DNA from: an uncultured Clostridia bacterium
GTDB taxonomy: Bacteria; Bacillota_I; Bacilli_A; RF39; UBA660
DNA: 56,195 nucleotides
Direction of reading: 5' to 3'
Assembly (NCBI GenBank): GCA_947165945.1
Contig: CAMVCF010000003.1
Location: forward strand, 1-56,195
In this document: one piece after another, positions 49,260 through 56,195 of the stretch
Numbering within the stretch: position 1 is the first letter of the stretch
How the letters are laid out: each line of letters opens with the position of its first letter
The notes under the pieces: generated by a model
Databases searched by the model: none
What the model saw: the letters and a program-made list of their open reading frames with translations, nothing else
Told to the model about the DNA's origin: nothing
Made by a program: the position numbers and the translations under genes

Positions 49260-50117
49260 CTATTTTACCTTATAAATTGTCTTAGTATAAAAAAATCCAT
49301 CATAATTACCAATTAATTTTTCCATATCTTTTAAAAACAATTCCCCATCTATTTTTTCTTCTAAACTTTTTTTATATAATTCTAATATTTGTAAAAATAT
49401 ATTATCGTCTATATAATTATTATCAATAATACCATATTCAATTTTATCTTTTAGATCTAAAAATGCTCTTGATCCATTTAAAATATCTCCAGTTAAAATA
49501 TTAGTACCAATTTTATTTTCAACAACTAAATACTCTCTATCTTTATTTTTTTCTTTTATTGTATTTATTTTATTATGATTAGATCTTTCTATATGTTGAT
49601 AATAGTTTGTAACTAATTTTCTTTTTGAATGTGAAATAATAACATGACCGATGAAATAAGAAATTAAAGAAATGTTCGTTTTAAGGCTTATGTCTTCCAT
49701 TTCTTCTTTAGTTATTTCCGTACTTAAATATGCATAACTGCAACCAAGATCTTTATAAAAGTTACAAATATTATAATTAGTAACCATATGAGTTTGATGA
49801 AAACAAAGATTAATTTTCAAATTTAGTCTTTGAGTAATTGATAAAATGCTAAGATCATAAAATAAAACTCCTTTAATGTTTAATTTAGAAAGTTCTATCA
49901 ATTTTTTTTCTAAATCCTTTAGATCATCATTAAAAATATTTTTATTAATAGAAACAAATAACTCAATATTTGGATATGTATTTAACATTTCTTTTATTTC
50001 ATCAAGTGATAATTCATAGTAATTAACAGAATAATTCTTTAACCCTATAAGAAAAGAATTAGCGAAAGGTAAGTATTCGCGTAATTCTTTTTTATTTATT
50101 TGAATAAGTAATTTCAA
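49260..50117 (-). CDS. U32-family paralog (TrhP1/YrrN-like)
   Basis: Divergent U32 fold, between the methyltransferase and the full U32 gene as in B. subtilis yrrM-yrrN-yrrO. Confidence 0.75.
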   Translation of the reverse strand: MKLLIQINKKELREYLPFANSFLIGLKNYSVNYYELSLDEIKEMLNTYPNIELFVSINKNIFNDDLKDLEKKLIELSKLNIKGVLFYDLSILSITQRLNLKINLCFHQTHMVTNYNICNFYKDLGCSYAYLSTEITKEEMEDISLKTNISLISYFIGHVIISHSKRKLVTNYYQHIERSNHNKINTIKEKNKDREYLVVENKIGTNILTGDILNGSRAFLDLKDKIEYGIIDNNYIDDNIFLQILELYKKSLEEKIDGELFLKDMEKLIGNYDGFFYTKTIYKVK

Positions 50118-50118
50118 C

Positions 50119-50715
50119 TTAACCCCTTCTTTCCGTTACAGCAACCCCATCACCTATTTTATAAATTGTGGTTTTATATAGCATATGATTTTCTAAAAAA
50201 TAGGTATAATCTTTTATTTTTCGTACTATTCCTAAAATATTTTTAGATGGAATATCTTCTTCATTCATTTCTACGTATCCATGAAAATACATGTTATCTG
50301 TAATAATATATCCATCAACTGCTAAATTGGATTCAAAATGTTCAAAGAAATCTCTATTTTTTCCTTTAGCAGCATCTATAAATATTAAGTCATATTCATC
50401 TTCCAATTTTACATTCAATGCATCATTAAAAATTAAAGTAATCCTATCTTCCAAATTAAACTTTTTAATATTTTTTAAAGCTTCCATATATCTTGCTTCA
50501 TCGCGTTCAATAGTAGTTACATGAATATCTTTATCAAGAAGTGCCATCATAATTGCAGAATAACCAATTGCTGTTCCTATTTCTAAGATATTTTTTAGTT
50601 GTTTTTTCATTATAAAACTTGTGAGAAACTCAATTCCTTCATCCTGCATAATAGGAATATTTTCTCTTTCAGCATAATCTTTCAATTCTTTTATTTCATT
50701 TAATTTGTTATCCAT
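50119..50715 (-). CDS. O-methyltransferase (TrmR/YrrM-like)
   Basis: ILEIGTAIGYS, TTIER, DLIFIDAAKG, DNM, IGDG; SD GGAGG before ATG 50715. Confidence 0.88.
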   Translation of the reverse strand: MDNKLNEIKELKDYAERENIPIMQDEGIEFLTSFIMKKQLKNILEIGTAIGYSAIMMALLDKDIHVTTIERDEARYMEALKNIKKFNLEDRITLIFNDALNVKLEDEYDLIFIDAAKGKNRDFFEHFESNLAVDGYIITDNMYFHGYVEMNEEDIPSKNILGIVRKIKDYTYFLENHMLYKTTIYKIGDGVAVTERRG

Positions 50716-50716
50716 T

Positions 50717-51796
50717 TTAGTATCCTCCATTTACTTTTGATAATTCTTGCTTTTTAGCTTCAAATGCTTTGGATGTTTCAAAAAAGAATGTCTCATTTGT
50801 ATTAATATTGGAAATAAAATATAAATAATTTGTATTAGTTCTATTTATTGCTGCATCAATACTTTCTTTTGATACCATACAAATTGGTGATGGTGGTAAT
50901 CCAACCATGTTTACATTTCTTGTATTATAAGCATTTTGACTTTGATATTCTGACTTTGTTAATGCTCTCTTATCATCAAGTTTTAAACCATATCTTGTTG
51001 TAATATCACTTCCTAAAGACATCTTTTTATTTAATCTATTAACAAATACACTTATAACATTACGTCTATTATCTGGATTTTCACCTGTATTTGTTACTTC
51101 TTTTTCAGCAATACTTGCAAGAGTCAATAATTCATGTATGGAATAGGTATCTAAATTAATTTGATTTTTATATGGTGACAAGATAAGATCCATTTGATCA
51201 AGAAGTTTTTTTATAATTTCATAAACAGTAACATCTTGATTTTTAAACTCATATGTATCTGGAAACAAGTATCCTTCTAAAGCATAATAAATATTTTCAT
51301 TCAAAATGTCATTATTTATAAACCAATAATCTTCTATTAAACTATTTAAGTATTCTTTATTATTAAGAATATCCATTACATCTTGATAAGAGTTACTTGT
51401 ATTTTTTTCGATTACTCTTGCAAATTCTCGATAGTTTATTCCCTCTTTAAAAGTAATTTTTATAGTATCATCGCGATAAACTTTTCCTTCTTTTAACATT
51501 TCAACAATTTCTTTTAAAGAATTATTTGAATTTAGTTTATATATACCAGCTTGTAATGAATTAATTCTATTTACTTTTAAATAAATAAGAAAAAAATTAT
51601 CACTTTTAATTAATCCTTTTTCTTTTAGTATTTTAGCTATTAATCTATTTGTTGTATTAGATTCTATTGTAACAATTTGACTATTTGAATTCTTACTTAC
51701 TGGTTTTATATAATAACTATATAAAGAAACGGTTGTTACAAATAAAAATAACATTACTAAAACTATTATTAGTAAACACTTTCTAACTTTTAACAT
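50717..51796 (-). CDS. mltG: endolytic transglycosylase MltG
   Basis: LQAGIY, ITFKEG, LEGYLFPDTY, LASIAEKE, VFVNRL, YNTR...GLPPSPI. Confidence 0.93.
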   Translation of the reverse strand: MLKVRKCLLIIVLVMLFLFVTTVSLYSYYIKPVSKNSNSQIVTIESNTTNRLIAKILKEKGLIKSDNFFLIYLKVNRINSLQAGIYKLNSNNSLKEIVEMLKEGKVYRDDTIKITFKEGINYREFARVIEKNTSNSYQDVMDILNNKEYLNSLIEDYWFINNDILNENIYYALEGYLFPDTYEFKNQDVTVYEIIKKLLDQMDLILSPYKNQINLDTYSIHELLTLASIAEKEVTNTGENPDNRRNVISVFVNRLNKKMSLGSDITTRYGLKLDDKRALTKSEYQSQNAYNTRNVNMVGLPPSPICMVSKESIDAAINRTNTNYLYFISNINTNETFFFETSKAFEAKKQELSKVNGGY

Positions 51797-51823
51797 AACT
51801 ACTCCATCATATTTTTTAGAAAA

Positions 51824-52111
51824 CTAATTATTAGAAGCTTGATTTTTTATTTCTTCTTGAATAGATTCTAAAAGTTTTTCAATAACTTTCCACTCTTTTT
51901 CGGTTTCAATTGGTAAAAGTTCCATTTCGTCTTGACTATTTGGATCATAAATAGATGCATATACTTGAATATTTCCGTTTTTATCCTTTGTATTGTCTGT
52001 ATATACTATATAACTTTTCTTAGTTTCATCACTATCAAATGTAAAAAGCACATCACAAGTAATTTCACGTCCTTCATCATTTATAACTGTAAATGTATTT
52101 TTTTCTTCCAT
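51824..52111 (-). CDS. DUF1292 family protein (YrzB-like)
   Basis: DVLFTFDSDETKKSYIVY...PIETEKEWKVIE; follows ruvX. Confidence 0.85.
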   Translation of the reverse strand: MEEKNTFTVINDEGREITCDVLFTFDSDETKKSYIVYTDNTKDKNGNIQVYASIYDPNSQDEMELLPIETEKEWKVIEKLLESIQEEIKNQASNN

Positions 52112-52113
52112 AA

Positions 52114-52518
52114 TTATCTCCTATCTAGGTAGCTTTGTAGTATCACAACACTTGCAACACCATCTACCACTTTTTTTCTTTTTTTTCTACTTAAATCTCC
52201 TTGAATTAAAACACTATTGCTTATTTTTGATGTTAATCTTTCATCTTCAAGTATTACCTCAATTTTTAGTTTATTTGTAAGTTTTTCTTTAAATTTTAAA
52301 ACAGTTTTGGTCATGTAACTTTCAGTATTATTCATATTTTTTGGATATCCGAGAATAATCTTATCAACATGTTCAATTTTAACTATTTTAGAAAGTTCAT
52401 CTATTAAATAATCATAATTTTCTTCATGTCTTAAAGTTTTATAAAAACTTGCAACTACACCATTTGATTTACTAATTCCAAGTGTCCTGGTTCCAAGATC
52501 AAGTCCAAGATATGTCAT
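52114..52518 (-). CDS. ruvX: RuvX/YqgF family protein
   Basis: LGLDLGTRTLG, GYPKNM, EDERLTS, VDGVASVVILQSYLD. Confidence 0.92.
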   Translation of the reverse strand: MTYLGLDLGTRTLGISKSNGVVASFYKTLRHEENYDYLIDELSKIVKIEHVDKIILGYPKNMNNTESYMTKTVLKFKEKLTNKLKIEVILEDERLTSKISNSVLIQGDLSRKKRKKVVDGVASVVILQSYLDRR

Positions 52519-52561
52519 AATTAACACTTCCTATCATATCATATTTTTACTTTTATAACAA

Positions 52562-53800
52562 CTATATTTCTAAATATTCTTTAACCATCTTTTCAATTGC
52601 TTCAATATATTTTTCTTTCTCAGTTAATAATATATTTAAATTTACATTACTACTGACATAACCTAGTTCTACTAAATAACTTTCGCATCCATGATTAGAA
52701 TTGTAATAAGGATTACCTTCTTTTTTAGGATTACGTCCATCAACATATGCTCCCGTTATAATACCTCCTGTTTCTCTTATCATATAATAATAAGTTGAAT
52801 CAGTATTTGCTCTTTCATAAGGTTTATATCCATCTTTTTTAGCATCATCTTCCATTGTTTGCAAATCACTTTTAGTAAGTGTCCTAAGATATACTCCTTT
52901 GTCTACTTTATTTGAAACATTTGAAGAAAACTTAGTACTTGTGTTTTCAACAATATTAGATGCTAATTTCTTGGCAAATACTAGGTTAGCATGGTTAGGA
53001 ACATATACTTCTACTCCTCCACTTCCAACATTTAAGGTAGCCGAGTTTTGATGAATTGACAAAAGTAATTTAGCTTTTGTCTGATAAGGAATACTGACTC
53101 TTCCATTTTTACCATAATTTTCAATTCCTACATCACTTTCTCTTGTTAATTTTACCTTTAATCCATCTTCCTCTAATTTTTCTTTTAATAACAGAGAATA
53201 AGAAAGATTAATATCACTTTCATGATATTTACCATTTATGGCTCCAACATCAATTCCACCGTGACCAGGATCAATTACTAGATCATAAATATTACTTGGT
53301 AGTTTTTCTTCTTTTGTTTCAATTGATAAATATTCGTCTTCATCTAATTTATTAAATTTAATATTAATTTGATAATTTTTTTGATTTCTTGTAACTGTAT
53401 AATACTCTAAATCATCCTGTTTAGTATCTTTTTTTAATTTATAATATGTTTCTCCACTTTTTAAAAATAATAGATAATTATCTGTTACATGCTCTAAATC
53501 TATTCCTTCATTTATATATTCATTTGTTTTAAACTTAGTTTTTCCATTTTTTAAATTAGTTATTAATTTAACTTCATTTTCTATTTCTTTATTTTTAAAT
53601 ATTAAAACTAAATCATCAACTTCCTTATTGACATATCCTTCTAAATTAAAAAAACGACCATATATTGTATAAGAGTCTATAAAAGCAGATTCTTCTATAT
53701 TTTCCATAAAATCAAATACAGGATCATCTTCTAAAGCATTAGAAACACCACATCCAATAGTTGTAAACATTATACATATTAAAATAAATATTTTTTTCAT
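52562..53800 (-). CDS. N-acetylmuramoyl-L-alanine amidase (Amidase_3) lipoprotein
   Basis: Lipobox TIGC; IDPGHGG, ESDIN, LSIHQN, LVELGY. Confidence 0.85.
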   Translation of the reverse strand: MKKIFILICIMFTTIGCGVSNALEDDPVFDFMENIEESAFIDSYTIYGRFFNLEGYVNKEVDDLVLIFKNKEIENEVKLITNLKNGKTKFKTNEYINEGIDLEHVTDNYLLFLKSGETYYKLKKDTKQDDLEYYTVTRNQKNYQINIKFNKLDEDEYLSIETKEEKLPSNIYDLVIDPGHGGIDVGAINGKYHESDINLSYSLLLKEKLEEDGLKVKLTRESDVGIENYGKNGRVSIPYQTKAKLLLSIHQNSATLNVGSGGVEVYVPNHANLVFAKKLASNIVENTSTKFSSNVSNKVDKGVYLRTLTKSDLQTMEDDAKKDGYKPYERANTDSTYYYMIRETGGIITGAYVDGRNPKKEGNPYYNSNHGCESYLVELGYVSSNVNLNILLTEKEKYIEAIEKMVKEYLEI

Positions 53801-53835
53801 AAATCTCCTATTTCTTCTTAAAGAATGTTATAAAA

Positions 53836-54729
53836 TTATTCAGAATCAACAATTTTTTCTAAAATATTTTGAAATTCATTAGGTACTTCTTTGGAAAATT
53901 CCAAAATTTCTCCACTTCTTGGATCTGGAAACTTTATTTTATAAGAATGTAATAATTGTCCAAAATCTTTATAATCATTTAATACTTTTCCATATAACGG
54001 ATCATTTACAATTGGATGATTAATATATTTCATATGAACTCTTATTTGATGAGTTCTTCCAGTATCTAATTTACATTCTATTAAAGTATACTTTTTAAAT
54101 CTTTTTAAAACCTTAAAATGTGTAATAGCTTTTTTACTATTTATACTTGTAACAGTCATTTTCTCACGATATTTTGGATCTCTTCCGATAGGTGCATCAA
54201 TGGTTCCTGTTAGAGATGGAAAAGTTCCTTCAACAAGAGCTAAATAATATCTTTCAACAACCCGCTCTTCAATCATTTTACTTAATTTTTCATGAGCAAA
54301 GTCATTCTTGGCAACTAACATAAGACCACTCGTATCTTTGTCAAGTCTATGAACAATTCCAGGTCTATATGAATTATTACTTAATTTATATTTTCCAAGT
54401 AAAGCATTAACTAGCGTATCTTCATAGTTTCCAGGTGCTGGATGAACAACCATTCCTGATGATTTATTAATAACTAAAAAATCATCATTTTCATATACTA
54501 CATCAACTTTTATATTACTAGGTTTTAAATTTAAAAGTGGATCTTTTATAGTATCCAAAACTTTTATTTTATCACCAGTTATAACTTTATAATTATTAGA
54601 AGTAAGAGAATCGTTGACTAGGATATTACCAGATTTAATTAAACTTTGAATTTTACTCCTAGATAAATTTACCTTATCAGTCAAATATTTATCTAATCTA
54701 ATATTATCTTCTTCGACTAAAAATTCCAT
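53836..54729 (-). CDS. RluA-family 23S rRNA pseudouridine synthase (RluD-like)
   Basis: S4 domain; VVHPAPG, RPGIVHRLDKDTSGL, TGRTHQIRVH. Confidence 0.93.
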   Translation of the reverse strand: MEFLVEEDNIRLDKYLTDKVNLSRSKIQSLIKSGNILVNDSLTSNNYKVITGDKIKVLDTIKDPLLNLKPSNIKVDVVYENDDFLVINKSSGMVVHPAPGNYEDTLVNALLGKYKLSNNSYRPGIVHRLDKDTSGLMLVAKNDFAHEKLSKMIEERVVERYYLALVEGTFPSLTGTIDAPIGRDPKYREKMTVTSINSKKAITHFKVLKRFKKYTLIECKLDTGRTHQIRVHMKYINHPIVNDPLYGKVLNDYKDFGQLLHSYKIKFPDPRSGEILEFSKEVPNEFQNILEKIVDSE

Positions 54730-55177
54730 TTTCCCCTCCTATTATATTTTCTATTATAATTAAAACTACTCCTATAAAAATAAAAGTATCAGCTAAATTA
54801 AAAACGGGTGCATCATATACAAATATTTTAAAATCTAAAAAATCTTTAACTCCATTAAATAAAATTCGATCAAAAAGATTTCCTAATATTCCTCCAATTA
54901 ATAAACTGTAATAAATTATTTTTAAAGTTGTCAATTTTTCTTTTTGAATAGAATATATTAAAAAAAGTAAAACACCTATACCAAGAATAATTAAAAATAT
55001 TTGTTTTCCGCTTAAAATACTAAAAGCTGCACCATCATTAACAACATATGTTATATTAAAAAAATTTGGAATTATTTTAATACTTTCATATAATTTCATT
55101 GTATTTTCTATTATTCTTTTAGAAACAAAATCAATTAAAAAGAATAATATACTTAAAAAAAATAATTTTTGTTTCAT
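54704..55177 (-). CDS. lspA: lipoprotein signal peptidase II
   Basis: NDGAAFSIL, GGILGNLFDR, VKDFL, VFNLAD. Confidence 0.94.
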   Translation of the reverse strand: MKQKLFFLSILFFLIDFVSKRIIENTMKLYESIKIIPNFFNITYVVNDGAAFSILSGKQIFLIILGIGVLLFLIYSIQKEKLTTLKIIYYSLLIGGILGNLFDRILFNGVKDFLDFKIFVYDAPVFNLADTFIFIGVVLIIIENIIGGENGIFSRRR

Positions 55178-55267
55178 AAAATCACAATGTTATTATATCA
55201 CTTTTAAGAAAAAAGAAAAACTACTATTAGTAGTTATTATAAGATTTTTATAAAATTATTAGTACAG

Positions 55268-55855
55268 TTAATCTTTAGAAATATATTTTAGATAAAGCAT
55301 AATAGCAATAATAAAAGTTAAAATCATTAAAATTATAAAACTAATAAATAATTCATTCATACTAATAATATTTATTTTATGTAAATAAAACGTTATAGAG
55401 CTTAGTATTAACATTATTAAAAATGATATAATTATTTTTAGAATAATTTTTCTATGTTCATTATAAACACGATTAATTTTATTATCATTTCTTTTATAAT
55501 TATCAACATAGACTTTATCATTATAAATAAATACATCAACACTATTATTAACTAGATATTCAGGATAAAAATTCAAACTTGGAGTTTTTGTTTTATATTC
55601 TATACCTTTATATTTATATTTTATAATTGCAAAATAATATAATGAAATTTTCTTTGATCCAAGAGGTGGAAATTTTCTAATATATGTTGCTCTTTTAAAA
55701 ATTGAATTATTATAGTCATTACTATAGGAAGTCGGCGTTGCAATAATTTCTCCTGGTATTTTTATTCCTTTATCAATAATTTCTTTAACAACTTTTCTAT
55801 TCCTTAATGCATTTATTATATTAGATAAACTCATAAATAAAACTACAAATAACAT
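55268..55855 (-). CDS. hypothetical membrane protein, probably 5'-truncated
   Basis: The frame stays open upstream of 55855 (...KKGVFKIDILLIISSLLI-M) to a stop near 55935, with no alternative start or SD. Confidence 0.6.
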   Translation of the reverse strand: MLFVVLFMSLSNIINALRNRKVVKEIIDKGIKIPGEIIATPTSYSNDYNNSIFKRATYIRKFPPLGSKKISLYYFAIIKYKYKGIEYKTKTPSLNFYPEYLVNNSVDVFIYNDKVYVDNYKRNDNKINRVYNEHRKIILKIIISFLIMLILSSITFYLHKINIISMNELFISFIILMILTFIIAIMLYLKYISKD

Positions 55856-55878
55856 TATTAATAATAAACTACTTATAA

Positions 55879-56169
55879 TTAATAAAATATCAATTTTAAA
55901 AACACCTTTTTTATATTCATTAAAGCATTCTCTTTAATAGATACTTCACTTGAAATATTTTCTATTTGATTATTTTTATCTTCATATAGATTTATTATAT
56001 CACATAGTAATTTACCATCGCTAATTAATTGAGGCAAATTAATTATATTAGTTTGTGAACCATCAATAAGATTTAAATTATATAGCCAAAGAAATATTTT
56101 TTCTTTATTGATTTCTCTATTTCTATGCTTTAATTTAACATTAATATTATTAAGATGAATTTTTATCAT
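55879..56169 (-). other. eukaryote-type calponin-homology domain fragment (likely foreign or chimeric sequence)
   Basis: KIFLWL...LPQLISDGKLLCDIIN...NALMNIKK matches the CH pattern W...DGxxLCxLIN...N; no SD; overlaps the bacterial gene's frame. Confidence 0.6.
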
Positions 56170-56195
56170 GACCGTATTGATAAAATCTTATATTT

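Overview
A 56-kb, very AT-rich stretch of chromosome from a walled, low-GC Bacilli (Firmicutes) bacterium. It uses the standard genetic code (TGA is a stop in recU and yqeG). An uncultured gut lineage such as RF39/UBA660 is plausible, but that is inference. Most of the window is core genome, largely on the minus strand: rmuC, rnjB, parE-parC, galE, frr, yqeG-yqeH, uvrC, tig, recU-ponA, rbgA, lepB, rplS, murI, serS, pgsA, gpsB-rnpB, four tRNAs (Lys, Ile, Asn, Glu), greA, the ruvX-DUF1292-mltG-trmR-trhP cluster, rluD and lspA. Several spore-associated genes are present (YutH-like, YqfQ-like with a sigma-K-type promoter, a BclA-like collagen protein, a SleB-like domain). The main finding lies between lepB and the essential GTPase gene rbgA: a tandem array of four small (about 0.76-1.2 kb) single-gene cassettes with no integrase. 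Each boundary carries an orphan copy of the rbgA ribosome-binding site plus its first 9-10 codons, cut at the conserved Trp codon. Each is followed by a homologous non-coding arm with a cassette-specific bipartite motif that recurs about 150 bp away and co-varies between cassettes. Other notable items: a small alarmone hydrolase placed between a serine T-box riboswitch and serS; a surface protein with a C-type-lectin/FGE fold whose C-terminus looks like a DGR variable region (no RT or TR in the window); two HExxH metallopeptidases, one with a poly-A frameshift at its likely start; and a eukaryote-type calponin-homology fragment at the right end, probably an assembly chimera. No CRISPR array, rRNA, transposase, integrase or reverse transcriptase was seen.
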